Shown here one piece after another: positions 1 through 13,465 of a DNA stretch of 64,000 nt. The translations under genes and the position numbers were made by a program. The notes under the pieces were generated by a model, which was not told the origin of the DNA, did not search any database, and saw only the letters and a list, made by a program, of their open reading frames with translations. Source of the stretch: Octopus vulgaris (lineage: Eukaryota); the NCBI GenBank assembly GCA_951406725.2, contig OX597835.1:46438001-46502000 (forward strand), written 5' to 3'. The number at the start of each line of letters is the position of its first letter. Within the stretch, counting starts at the first letter, position 1.

Positions 1-77
1 TTAGCTTCTTGGAGATTTTAGGTATAATTATACTAATGTGTCCATCTGTTCTAATTGAATTAAATTCTATGTCTTTG

Positions 78-164
78 TGCAGCTGAGGATTGCTCTGCAT
101 TTTAAATTGATGTAATGATTGCATTGTTTAATTAAATGGAGTTGCATGAAACGATCGTACTGCA
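78..164 (+). ncRNA. Minimal type-I hammerhead ribozyme motif (Penelope pLTR-like)
   Basis: TGCAG-CTGAGGA(83-89)...GAAAC(148-152)-GATC-GTA-CTGCA. Helix I is TGCAG/CTGCA, helix III is the palindrome ACGATCGT, and the cleavage triplet is GUA. Confidence 0.7.
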
Positions 165-201
165 TTACCTCTGGATATCCTTGTTGCTTATTTTGATATA
201 A

Positions 202-256
<55 letters not shown>

Positions 257-572
257 TACGAGAATATGTATGTATGTATGTATGTGTCTGTGCGTGTGAG
301 TGCGCGCGCGTACAGGTGCAGTTATTGATGTACGGTTAAGAAGTTCACTTGGCAGCTATGCGGTTTCGGTTCAGGTCTCATTGTTCAGGGCCTTACGCTT
401 CGGTACTTCCAGAGTCACGGTCTAAAGGCTCCGAGCTACCTTTTGGTAATCTAAAATCGATTTCTAATTTTCCCAGTGCACCGTTCGCATTAAACCCTTT
501 CTGATTTCGTTTAAAAGGATGAATTCTAACGCTTACGCTGTGATTTGCACACGTTTCCCAAACGTGTACACA

Positions 573-643
<71 letters not shown>

Positions 644-790
644 ACACAAGGAAGTCGTATATATTATCTCAATGGCATCTCACGACAGAAACCTCTCGTA
701 TTGTCTGACCGTATTTATGTATTCTTCTTGCAATTAAATTATAAGTCACAGAAAAAAATATGGGTCAGATTTCAAATTCTCCCCTAGGTA

Positions 791-846
<56 letters not shown>

Positions 847-978
847 CATCTGCGGAGTAGGTGTGCGCTCGCATGTGCATATCTATGTACGAATGTGTGT
901 ATGTATGTATATATGTGATGTACGTGTGTGTGGGCGCACGTGTGTGTGGGCGCACGTGTGTGCATGCCTGTATATACA

Positions 979-1068
<90 letters not shown>

Positions 1069-1078
1069 CATACACGAA

Positions 1079-1235
1079 GGCGGTGAGCTGGCAGAAACGT
1101 TAACGCGCCGGGTGAAATGCTTAGCGATATTTCGTCTGTCGTTACGTTCTGAGTTCAAATTCCGCCGAGGTCGATACAATCGACTGGCCCCCTCCCCACA
1201 AATGTGAGGCCTTGTGTCCAGAGTAGAAAAGAAAG
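1079..1235 (+). mobile_element. tRNA-derived SINE family A, short-tail variant with internal deletion
   Basis: Head GGCGGTGAGCTGGCAGAAACGTT...GAGTTCAAATTCC (A/B-box-like), matching many other copies in the window. Confidence 0.8.
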
Positions 1236-1317
1236 AGGTGTCTATATGTACTACATGCGTAATATATACATGTACTTTACCTGTGCGTGTGTGTGTGAGA
1301 GAGAGAGAGAGAGAGAA

Positions 1318-1354
<37 letters not shown>

Positions 1355-1849
1355 ACATCAATACTTGTGTACAGTAGTGAAGAAATTACCAAAGTTTACC
1401 TCAATTTACAGAACATATCAGATTGGCGGTTCGATAGAAGTCGGTCGGCAAAAAGAGAATGAGCTGAGATGATCAACTCATGAATTAGCATGATTAGTCA
1501 AACCCTTCGAAGCACTGCTCCAGCATGGCCATAGGTGAATGACTGATGCCGGTAAAAGAAGGTAAGAATACAGAGAGAAAAAGAGTGAAGTAGAAAGATT
1601 AAAAGAGAATACATCGTGAACATTCAAGTTTACTATCAAGGGAAGTAACTCTCAATTTATGCTACGAGAGTTATTTCCCTTGAGATTTAATATTTATTTT
1701 TTTGTTGCTGTGTTGTTCTTTCATACTTACGGGTTTTATAATATAATTGTTATCACCCATTTGTTGCTTGGATGCATTTCTTTGATATGTAACAATGTTC
1801 TAATACCAAAACTATATTTTAGTAGACTCCCAAACGATAAAAGGCAAAT

Positions 1850-2342
1850 TTGACCTAAGCGGAATTTGAAGTCAGAACGTAACGGCAAAAGAAATACCTA
1901 TTTCTTTACTGCCCACAAGGGGCTACACACAGAGGGGACAAACAAGAAAAGACAAACGGATTAGGTTGATTACATCGACCCCAGTGCGTAACTGGTACTT
2001 AATTTATCGATCCCCGAAAGAAGGCAAGGCAAAGTCGACCTCGGCGATATTTGAACTCAGAACGTAAAGACAGAAGAAAAACCGCTAAGTAATTTGCCCG
2101 ACGTGCTAATGTTTCTGCCAGCTCGCCGCCTTCGGCAGACGAAATGCCTGTTTCTTTACTACCCAGAAGGAGCTAAACACAGGGAGAACAAACAAAGACA
2201 GACAAACGGATTAAGATGATTATATCGACCCTAGTGCGTAACTGGTACTTATTTAATCGACCTCCGAAAGGATGAAAGGCAAAGTCGAAATACAGCTAGG
2301 CATTTCGCCCGGCGTGCTAACCTTTCTGCCAGCTCGCCGCCT
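1850..2342 (-). mobile_element. SINE family A tandem concatemer
   Basis: Repeated reverse-complement units of family A joined at GAAATACCTATTTCTTTACT-type junctions (~1891 and ~2141). Confidence 0.85.
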
Positions 2343-2574
2343 CCACCTTTGCATATTTTAACATATTAACAAGTGCGAAGGCTGGCAGAATTAGAACGGT
2401 GCCGGAAAAATGCTTATCAAATTTTCTTCCGGTCCTTTATGCTCTCAGTCCAAGTTCCGCTGAGATTGATTTTACCTTTCATCATTTCCAGATCGATAAG
2501 ATAAGTATCAGTTGAGCATGGGTCAATATTATTCATATCCACTTCTTGCTGGACTTGTGCCAAAATTAGAATGC

Positions 2575-2987
2575 ATGGTGGAATTCTAGTTTAAGCATCC
2601 CAAATAAACCCTCATCAGTTTATTTATTTTGGGGAATTTTCAGAAACTTTTTGCGAATGTCTTCTACACACGAATACCATACGATTATGGAAAAACAATT
2701 TGTGCGTAATTTAAGTGCAATTTAGCTGTTATTTCTCGTGACCATCTGATGCATCCAAGCGTGGTCCATTACTGGATTTAAACAAGAAATTCCATCACGG
2801 TCTGTATTCGAAGAAGAGTGGAACTTTTAGGATTTATGGTGGGTGGAGGGTAAAGATTAACATTTTTTAATCATAACCGTATGAACTCACGCGTGTAGAA
2901 TCAAATTCACAAAAAGTTTCTGAAATTCCCAAACATAAAAAAAATTATGAGGGTTATAATGGGGTTCTTAAACAAGAATTCCGCCAT
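2575..2987. mobile_element. Foldback/MITE-like element with long imperfect terminal inverted repeats
   Basis: ATGGTGGAATTCTAGTTTAAG...TTTCAGAAACTTTTTGCGAAT pairs with ATTCACAAAAAGTTTCTGAAA...CTTAAACAAGAATTCCGCCAT over more than 100 bp. Confidence 0.65.
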
Positions 2988-3049
2988 AAGAATATATTAA
3001 CAGGCGAGCTATTCCTATCTAGAACCCCTTTGCTCACAGGTCAACTTCA

Positions 3050-4420
3050 TGAACACTTGCCTATCGTGAAACAACTACAACGACAACAGTTACAGCAATA
3101 AAAATAACTTGACCATTCCTTACTACCAACACCGAATCTCACAATATTTCTTGCTGTATCTGATTATTTTCTGAATGAACGGACAATAAAATACCATTAC
3201 GAATAGCGCCAGCTAAAAATAACTGATTGATCCTAATCCCTTGGCAAAGAGATTAGCTACAGGAATCCTTATTTCCTTCATTGATAGTTCTGTAAGTAAT
3301 ATTCTGTCGAAGAAAGATTCTACATTAGCTACCGGTGTTGTGTCTATAGTCAAACTCTCTACATCAGGTAAATCTTTGAAACTGACCTACCTCACTCCAC
3401 CAGATTTACCAGCTAAATCCAAAAGCACCATTGGCCACTTCAAAACAACAAAGCCGCTGGCTCTGACGACTCTTCTTTCCATCAGCCTCGATTTATGGAT
3501 TTCGGTGATAGCATTGTCCTCACCAAATTCTTCAGACTCTCTCTTTTAAAGGATATAATCCAAACTAAAGAAACGCAGCATTCCCAAGAAGACTGAGCCA
3601 TCTGATTACAGTAAACTCTTCCAATATCTCAGAGTTGATGGAAATAGCCATTAGCATTACCTTTCTCCAGCATCTTGGATTACCTCTCTCTCTCCTTTTC
3701 TTTTTCTCTTTTTCCCTCCCTCTCTTTCTGTCTATCTATCTATCTGTCTATCTATCTATCTATCTATCTGTTTATCTATCTGTCTCGCTGCCTATCTACC
3801 TGTCTATCTATCCATCTATCTGTCTATCTGCCTATCTACCTGTCTATCAAGTCATCTATCTGTCTATCTGCCTATCTACCTGTCTATCTATCCATCTATC
3901 TGACTAGCTGCCTATCTACCTGTCTATCAAGTCATCTATCTGTCTATCTGCCTATCTGTCTATCTACCTGTCTATCAAGTCATCTATCCATCTATCTGTC
4001 TATCTCCATAGTTTCTTACTCATACTTCCTCCTAAATAACAACGACCAACATATCGTCACTGCAAAGAACCCCAAACTCCGTCCTTCCACCCAAACCACA
4101 GAGCTCCAACAGCTACATAATCTCAACAAATCATAGGTGAGGCCTACAAAAGACTACAGCGTCCACATCTACTACAATGTGACTGTCATACACAGAGAAA
4201 GAGCTGTGAGTCTTTAAGCCAAAGAAAGTGTATGTCATAATGCCGCATGCTATCACCCTATCCTGGAACCCACTGACTCTTTCCTCTCTCCTCTTTCCCG
4301 TCTTCATTTTGTACCAGCGATAACCACAGAAAGCTGAGCCAGGACAAAATATGGAAGAGATTCAAGAATGGCGGTGCCCCAGCATGGCCACAGCTCGTGA
4401 GCTGAAACTAGATAAAATGT
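3050..4420 (+). mobile_element. Highly degraded CR1/Jockey-group LINE relic, interrupted by (TCTA)n
   Basis: ~3590-3655 resembles the RT-proximal PxxYRPI...ISKxMExxI motif. A WNPL-like end lies at ~4264, followed by a 3' tail at 4370-4420. Confidence 0.4.
3730..4005 (+). repeat. Degenerate (TCTA/TCTG)n microsatellite with higher-order repeats
   Basis: Direct inspection. Confidence 0.9.
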
Positions 4421-4874
4421 AACAAAAAATGAATAGTTTCAAAGACCAACTGAAACGCCAGCTGACTTGAGCTGGGATATACCCCGCAGCAGGGCCTGAT
4501 TAAGACCTATAGAGGCCCTAAACACCTAAAAGTGTATGGTGCCTCCATATATATGTAATTCAAAATATGAACAATAATAAACCATTAAAAAATTTGTTTA
4601 AATTTTATAACAAAACTAAACAGCAAGATGGAAAATAATGTTTATTTTTGTATATTTTACTTTATTTATGTTTGAAAAGTTTTCTCCTTTGTTTTTAAAT
4701 TGCAAAGTCTTCCTGAACACCTACAGCAGGAGGCTCCCATCGTTACCATTTCTGTGAAAATATGTGTTAGTCCCTCGTGGACAGAAAGCCACGTTCGCTG
4801 CCCGTCTTTCAGAGAACAATTAAGCAATGGCATTGTTTGAAATTGAGTTTGCAGCCATTACATATATGAGTACA

Positions 4875-5039
4875 GGCGCAGGAGTGGCTGTGTGGTAAGT
4901 AGCTTGTCTACCAACCACATGGTTCCGGGTTTAGTCCCACTGCGTGGCACCTTGGGCAAGTGTCTCCTACTATAGCCTCGGACCGACCAAGGCCTTGTGA
5001 GTGGATTTGGTAGACGGAAACTGAAAGAAGCCTGTCGTA

Positions 5040-5129
<90 letters not shown>

Positions 5130-5350
5130 CGTGTGTGTGCTTGTGTGTCTGTGTTTGTCCCCTAGCATTGCTTGACAACCGATGCTGGTGTGTTTATGTC
5201 CCCGTTACTTAGCGGTTCGGCAAAAGAGACCGATAGAATAAGTACTGGGCTTACAAAAGAATAAGTCCCGGAGTCGAGTTGCTCGATTAAAGGCGGTGCT
5301 CCAGCATGGCCGCAGTCAAATGACTGAAACAAGTAAAAGAGTAAAAGAGA
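4875..5350 (+). mobile_element. tRNA-derived SINE family B, full length, with internal (TA)n/(TG)n
   Basis: Head GGCGCAGGAGTGGCTGTGTGGTAAG...GGGTTTAGTCCC, CORE-like CCTTGGGCAAGTG and tail GGCGGTGCTCCAGCATGGCCGCAGTC...(GTAAAAGA)n. More than 10 related copies occur in the window. Confidence 0.9.
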
Positions 5351-5500
5351 GTACAAGGTACAAGCGGCAGGTACTAGCGGCAGGTACAAGCGGCAAGTGG
5401 CAAACTGTACCCAATGCGGGTGGATGAGAGTGGTTTATGCTTATTGCTGTTCGCATCGCACATCGAGTTATTCAAATTTCACGTCTCCGATCATCTGACC

Positions 5501-5535
<35 letters not shown>

Positions 5536-5728
5536 CATTGATACTAGCAAAGCAAATTCCGGTATAGGCGCAGGCGTAGCTGTGTGGTAAGAGGTTTGCA
5601 TCCCAACCACATGGTTCTGGGTTCAGTCCCACCTCGTAGAACCTTGGTAATGTGTTTTCCACTATAGAACCGGGCGAACTAAAGCCTTTTGAGTGGATTT
5701 TGCAGAACCTCCCCCTCTCTCTCTCTCT

Positions 5729-5778
<50 letters not shown>

Positions 5779-5948
5779 GGGAAACCACTATGTGGACATC
5801 CTTATGCCAGTGGTTTCCCTCTAATATGTATATAATACAATTTTACTGAACCTTCAGTCTTTTTTATATGCTAGACCACTGGTGTAAGACCGATGTTAAT
5901 TAAATTAATATCTAATTCCTCACCCTCATTTTAAATTTATATATATAT

Positions 5949-6026
<78 letters not shown>

Positions 6027-6169
6027 GACCAATTAGAATATATACTGGGCATTAAAAACAGTGTACTGGTGTCGATTCTTTCGACTAAATATTCTTCAAG
6101 TTGGTGCCCCAGCATGGCCACAGTCTAATAACTGAAACATGTAAAGCATAATGAACATACATAAATATG

Positions 6170-6227
<58 letters not shown>

Positions 6228-7182
6228 TCTATGTGTGTGAGTGTGGGTGTGGATGTGTCTTTGTGTTTGTCTCCCACCGCCACTTGACAACCGAGGCTGG
6301 TTTTCTCAATGTTTCCTTGACTTAGCGGTTCGGGAAAAAGAAACCGATGTCATATATGCCAGGCTTTAAAACCAAATAAGTACTGTAGTCATCCCTCTAT
6401 TCGATTAAATCCTTCACTGTGGTGCTCCAGCATGGCCGCCGTTTAATGATTCGAATAAGTAAAAGAAAAACAAGAAAACATATACCGCTTCTTCTGATTC
6501 TTGTGACTTTGAGCCAATGTGAAGAATTCTTCTTTGAAAAGCATCGCTTTTTTCTTTTCTATTTGTTCTTTATATTTGCGCATCAGTGTCTATATTCATC
6601 TCACTGTGTATTTGTTTATTTGGAAAGGTAACGCTGAATAAATAACTTTCTGTGAAATATATTTTGAGATGAGAGCATTACCTTCTGATATTTAATATCC
6701 AGTTTAAATATTCCAACATTTTAAATATCGTTGTTCTCCGACAAATAAAGCAGGTGTTAAAATTTCAACTATTGTTATTTGATAAATGTAGCAATTCTTA
6801 TAAAATTCAGTCGATGGAATAAAGAGCAAAGTAAATATTTGCTTACATAATATGTTTCATATACTGATAACTTACCAAAGATAATATATTATTAATCAGA
6901 CGAAACTCTGCTATTAAGATCTGCCAAAATATAGGCACAATATTCTTTAAGAGACAACGTTTGGCGTAATGGCAGGAGCTGTGAAAATATCTAGTGGTAC
7001 AAGTTAATGAAGGGTCTTTGTTTTGAAAACACTGAGATCTCCAGTTGTTTTGCTTTCGTTGTTATTGTTAATCACATTCTGAAAAAAAGGGCTGGTCTTC
7101 TTGCCCGTCGTCGTCGTCGTCATAGTTGCAGTTCCTGACTAATGTTAATTCTGGTCGGGCAAGCTTATGTGTGCGTTTATTT

Positions 7183-7209
<27 letters not shown>

Positions 7210-7215
<6 letters not shown>

Positions 7216-7682
7216 ATGCACCCTGATGTTGCCCGGGTGTTATGACCTACAATTACATTGTATTATTTGTTCCTTTCCTCTAGACTGAATCGGCTAGCAG
7301 TAAGAAAGATGTCCAGGTTTCTTTTTAAATTATTGTCTGGCAGAGTACCCTCCCTTACCTAAAGAACTTAATCCTGCGACCCGACCTGGTTTTCGAGGTT
7401 ATTTTTGTAGTAAAATATACTTGTGCAAAAAACATACTTTATTTGGTAGCCGAAAGATTAGCGAATGTTTTGATACCTCATACATCAAAATTGGGGACTC
7501 AGTTATCGAATACATAAAGAACACACAGACACACACACAAACACAAACGCACACTCACACTAGCAATCCACCCTAATGTTGCCCGGGTGTTATGACCTAC
7601 AGCCACATTGTATTATTTGTTCCGTTCTTCTAGACAGAATCGGCCCACGAGGAGTATGAAGCAAACAAAACTTCTTTATATA
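7210..7682 (-). mobile_element. Tandem non-autonomous Helitron copies (7210-7559 and 7560-7682)
   Basis: Two units each end (minus strand) in a CCCGGGCAAC... hairpin plus CTAG followed by T. An internal segment recurs at ~8170-8430. Confidence 0.6.
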
Positions 7683-8914
7683 CATGCTTCTCGGTAATTT
7701 TCTGATGAACAACGCTACAGTTTCCATCGACCAAATTCAGTCACAAGTCTGTGGTTGGCCTAGGGCTATAGCAGAAAACACTTACCCAAAGTACTATGCG
7801 GAGGGACTGAAGATGGAACCCTGTGGTTGGAAAGCAAACTTCTCAACCACACAGTCATTCTTGCACCTACCATGCGTGTCTGGGTTTACATTTGTTGTTA
7901 AATCGAGTATTGTGTCCCTCTGTCTCAAAATTAGCAGTTCATCAAACAGAGATCTATAAAATAAATGCCAGATTGAAATACGTACTGGGGTTAGTATGAT
8001 CAATTAAATCTTTGAAGGTGATACTCCATCATGGCGGCAGTCGAAAGATTAAACCCAGTAAAATAATGGCTTCAAATTAAAAGTAATGGATTACTAACCA
8101 CAAGATAATGAGTTCAAAACTTCGTACTGAACGATAAAACTACATGTACATCTCAGTAATTTGAAGTTGAATTGTTAGCAGTAAGAAAGATGTCCAGGTT
8201 TCTTTTTAAATTATTGTCTGGCAGAGTTACCTCCCTTACCTAAAGAACTTAATCCTGCGACCCGACCTGGTTTTCGAGGTTATTTTTGTAGTAAAATATA
8301 CTTGTTGCGCAAAAAGCATACTGTATTTGGTAGCCGAAAGATTAGTGAATGTTTTGATACTTCATACGTCAAAATCGACTCAGTTATCGAATCCATAAGG
8401 AACACACACACAAACTTTGTTTTACATATCAAGATATACACAGACGTACAAGCACACGGGACCGCTTTGTCCTGTGCTCCCCCACTCCTTTGTTGCACGA
8501 TTCATTGATGATATTTCTACAGAGGTCGAAGTTAAGGCAGATGCTACGTGCAATCAATAAAACATATTCTTTTTTCAAGCATTGTTTATCTAGGACTGCT
8601 TTATTCAATGTGCTGTTCACTTTTTAAAGACAAAAGGGTTAGATTTAATGAGTAGTTGCCTGTTATATCTAGCGAGGCAAGCGATCTTATATAGCCTTCT
8701 CCTTGTGCTTTGTATGTTGGACATCTTACACAATTTATCTGCACGTTTATGTTCACGTGTTATTACTGCTATTCTTTCTTCCTGTATCAACTCTGTTCAC
8801 TAAAACCTATAAGTGGTCCTTAACCACTTTTCGTTCTCTTTTTGGTAATGGAATTCTAAGGAACCTATTTTACCTATTATACTCTAAGAATCCTATTTTA
8901 TTTTTATTGTTTAC

Positions 8915-9300
8915 AATAGATGGGTAGGTGTCCTCATCTTCTTTATTGTTATCACAACGGTTCGGCTGACGTACTTTCCAGCATCCATCAGGTGTTCTGG
9001 GGGAATTTCGAACCCAACCATTTATGTAAATAATACGGTACACTGTTTTCATTCGTAAGGTATTCTTTCTTTTCTTTTTTTTCTCTTCACATACCTTTCT
9101 CAGTCACATACCTTATGAATGAGAACAGAGTACCCCCATTAGTCAAATAAAGGGCTGGGTTCGAAATTCCACCAGAACACCTGATGAAGGCTGGAGAGTA
9201 CATCAGCCGAAACGTTGTGATAACAGCAGACAAGATGAAGACACCAATCCGTCCACTGTAAATAAAGTACATAATTCCTCATTTAAAAAATATAGAATAA
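8915..9300. mobile_element. Inverted pair of Penelope-type pLTR segments
   Basis: 8915-9063 is an imperfect reverse complement of 9107-9260. Same family as 27061-27235. Confidence 0.7.
9176..9219 (+). ncRNA. Minimal hammerhead ribozyme motif lacking a helix III loop
   Basis: CAC-CTGATGA-AGGCTG...CAGCC-GAAAC-GTT-GTG. Confidence 0.65.
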
Positions 9301-10547
9301 TACTATTTTATTTTTTTAAGTAAATATCATATGAAGTTGTATTATTATTGCTTTGTCATTTTTTTCGAGATCTTTTCATGGGTGTAAATATAACAAATCT
9401 TTTCTGTTGGTATTCTATTGCACTTTGTTTTATACGACCTGTTCCAAGTCTTAAACGGTAAAATGGACTTTTTACTATAAGTGTTATTTATGATTAGCAA
9501 TGAGGTATTGTTGAGAAACGAGACAAGAATCTAAGAACAAAGATTCTGTTAAATTTGTACACTGTTTTCTGGAACCGCAGTAAACTAGGTTTTATACCAA
9601 TTTCCTCCATCGATATGTTCAAATAATTAGGGATAGTTCTTAATGCGCCTCTAACTACAGGGGTTCATTTTATTTATTTTGTTTCCGTTTCTTGCCGAGT
9701 GTCTTCCCGACTCCTATGGCAAACGAACTCGCTGTACTCATTAATAAAAGAACTCGCTGTATATATCAATATTTCGTGAAACTAAACACACAAAACTGTT
9801 CATTTTCAAAATGAAATGAAGTGATGCGGAAAAAATTCATGGCGGGTGAGTAATCGTTCTCACATGGACAATGTTGAAAGAATCTTTTGCAGTTAAAAGA
9901 ATCTTTTTGCACTTCTTGCGGAGATGGTAAACAAAGAATCATTCTCAAATAATTTTCGGTTCCGTTTTTGATCATTCCAAGTGCTGCTACAATCATTGGT
10001 ATTGAAACCGCCTCAAGAGGCCACTTTTTTTTTTTATTATTTCAATGAGAAAATCTCTATATTTTCTCAGCAGGTAAAATTCTTTTGCCGCGGTATTATG
10101 ACCACTAATAATATTATTATTATTATAATCATTATCATCATTATTGTAATTATCTTTAGATTCACCAGCGCTACATCGATTGCAATAACATTTGTTAATT
10201 CCACTTAAGCTCTGTTTTGTTTATTTCATCAAATATAATTTAATTATAATAATTTAAAACAATTATTATTAGGTTAAGGCAATAAAATAACAACAACATT
10301 ATCAATTGGATAAGAATAACATGTTGCAAGTGAGAGGAACCAACGGCGTCAGCGTCGTCGTTCAAAATGTAATTACAGTGGGTGTGGTTAAAAGATATAC
10401 CAGTAGACAATATTAAAGAGGTAAGAGCATTGTACGGTTCGCTGGATCGAATCTAGCAGCGGACACGTACATTACCTGAGTGATTATTAACAAAGAATAT
10501 CTCTTACCTGTGAAGTGTGGACCACAGAGAAACTTTTCTCAGAAACA

Positions 10548-10594
<47 letters not shown>

Positions 10595-10882
10595 TGTATG
10601 TATGTATGTATGTATGTATGTATATATGTATATATGTATGTATATATATACATATATATACATATATATATGTATATATACATATACATATATATATATA
10701 AATATATACACATATATATACACAGATGGGTAGTTAGATACATAGATACATATTTACACACACATATACACATATATATAGATAGGTATAATATTTATAT
10801 ATTATATTACATATTTATATTTATATATTACATATAATATACATAACATACGCACACACACAAACACGCACACACTGGCACG

Positions 10883-10938
<56 letters not shown>

Positions 10939-11004
10939 AATGTACGAATATAAATTTACAGGCAAACAAGATAGATAGATAGATAGAAAGATACATAGAT
11001 AGAC

Positions 11005-11079
<75 letters not shown>

Positions 11080-11347
11080 CTGATAGATAGACTGATTGAT
11101 TGATAGAGAGATGGAGTGAGAGGTGTGTATATGTCTGTAATGTGTGGAATGGTACTGCATAGACTCTGAAACGAGTGGAGGCGTCTAGAATGCAATCACA
11201 CAGGCAAAAATCAACTGGCGGAAATATCAACATTCAGTGCCAAACTTAATTCCGACCAAGAGATGGAATTGCTCGGCCAGACAAATACGACCGATGAATG
11301 TCTGAGGACAGGAGCATGAAACACGGAATGATGGAATACAATTGGCT

Positions 11348-11440
<93 letters not shown>

Positions 11441-11664
11441 CTGTCTCTTCGTTATTTCATTATTGAAATTCTCCCTCTGAAGAAGGATTTGGTTTCTAAC
11501 AAAGATACAAAGTTCCATCTTTGGAATGTAGGAAAAACGAAAACAATGTCACATTCTAAACTTGAGAATAGTCTTGAATAGTTTTATTGTTCCGCTTACA
11601 GATTGGATATGTAATGTGCGCATCAATTAGCTGATTTCTCTTTCTGAAAATCCAAGCTATATCT

Positions 11665-12145
11665 ATGCATGTATATATGTATGCATGTATGTATGTATGT
11701 ATGTATGTATGTATGTATGTATGTATGTATGTATGTATGTATGTATGTATGTGTGTATGTATGTATGCATGCATGTATGTATGTATGTATGTATGTATGT
11801 ATGTATGCATGTATGTATGCATGTATGTATGTATGTATGTATGTATGTATGCATGTATGTATGCATGTATGTATGCATGTATGTATGCATGTATGTATGT
11901 ATGCATGCATGTAAAAGGCGGCGAGCTGGCAGAAACGTTAGCACGCCGGGCGAAATGCGTAGCCGTATTTCGTCTGCCGTTACGTTCTGAGTTCAAATTC
12001 CGCCGAGGTCGACTTTGCCTTTCATCCTTTTGGGGTCGATAAATATAAGTACCAGTTACGCACTGGGGTCGATGTAATCGACTTAATTTGTTTGTCTGTC
12101 CTTGTTTGTCCCCTCTGTGTTTAGCCCCTTGTGGGTAGTAAAGAA

Positions 12146-12176
<31 letters not shown>

Positions 12177-12451
12177 TGTATGTATGTATGTATGTATGTA
12201 TGTATGTATGTATGTATGCATGTATGTATGCATGTATGTATGTATGCATGTATGTATGTATGTATGTATATATGCATGTATGTATGTATGTATGTATGTA
12301 TGTATGTATGTATGTATGTATGTATGTATGCATGTATGCATGTATGTATGTATGCATGCATGCATGCATGTATGTATGTATGTATGTATGTATGTATGTA
12401 TGTATGTATGTATGTATGTATGTATGTATGTATGTATGTATGTATGTATGT
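11665..12451 (+). repeat. (TATG)n array with a SINE A copy inserted in it
   Basis: Direct inspection. Confidence 0.95.
11917..12148 (+). mobile_element. SINE family A, full length
   Basis: tRNA-like head, central GTCGACTTTGCCTTTCATCCTTT.GGGGTCGATAAA..AAGTACCAG (resembles the Meta/MESC SINE domain, from memory) and tail ...GTGGGTAGTAAAGAAATA. Confidence 0.9.
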
Positions 12452-13305
12452 GCATAGCAGTTTAGGTCTAGATAGGGCAGAATTTATTGCTACTGTAGTA
12501 TGTCTGGTTATCTACACCCACAATTTGGCACTTTCAGAGAATTTGAAAGTCCACGCGGGCAGAAAATTCTGGTACCTCACTGGAAAAGGACGTGAGTGAG
12601 TATTAAGACGAGTGACATATGATACAAGTACGAAGCCGAAAGAGGAATTAAGCGCATCTTCATTATCAATTGCAATTCCTTCAGTACCATTCCGTTTCTT
12701 TCGCCGTTGCACGTAAAGGATAGCATGTGAAGAACTACACAATAAGCGTGTCTGATTATTTTGACTGGTACTTCTTCAGAGCACAAATTTAGGGCAACAT
12801 CATTATTAGTTAAAATTGTTTCAGCACCACTACGTTTCTGACATCGTTGCAGAGATGCTTCATCAAACTAGTCTGAAGTGCCACTCCGAGATAATCAATC
12901 ACAAATATTGCGAAACGTTTCACATCTAATCATTTACGTGTAATGTCGTTTGAAAGAGTGGGATAGCAAAAAAATTGCAAACAATTATTATAGCTATGCT
13001 AAATTCATTCTTTTCCTGCTCACTCGTATCTTATGTGTGTGTGTGTGTGTGTGTATAAATTAAAGGTGTCTGATCTGCTAGGATCGCACCACCTGCATAT
13101 GAGCTGGAGCGAAAATGAAATGCAAATCTGGTAACATTTGAAGCATGTTACGTCACCTGATGAAGTTCTTTTGCACTGTGCGTTGCATCTGATGTCATTA
13201 CATCATCCCTCGGCCACTGGGGAGCAGTGCAGAATGAAGCCGAAACGGTTATTGTGCTAATAAAGCTTCTAGTTACACTCCGTATTCCATATTGATCATT
13301 ATGTA

Positions 13306-13347
<42 letters not shown>

Positions 13348-13465
13348 TGTGTGTGTGTGTGTGTCTATGCATGTACGTATGTATGTATGCATGTCATCAT
13401 ATGATTTAAACGGTTTGTCTTATATGATTGGCAGAGGAAGTTGAGTTTAACCCTAGGCGTTAAAA

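Noticed and set aside
4489-4860. hAT-like terminus CAGGGCCTGATTAAG
   Set aside because: No matching second TIR, TSD or transposase motif found.
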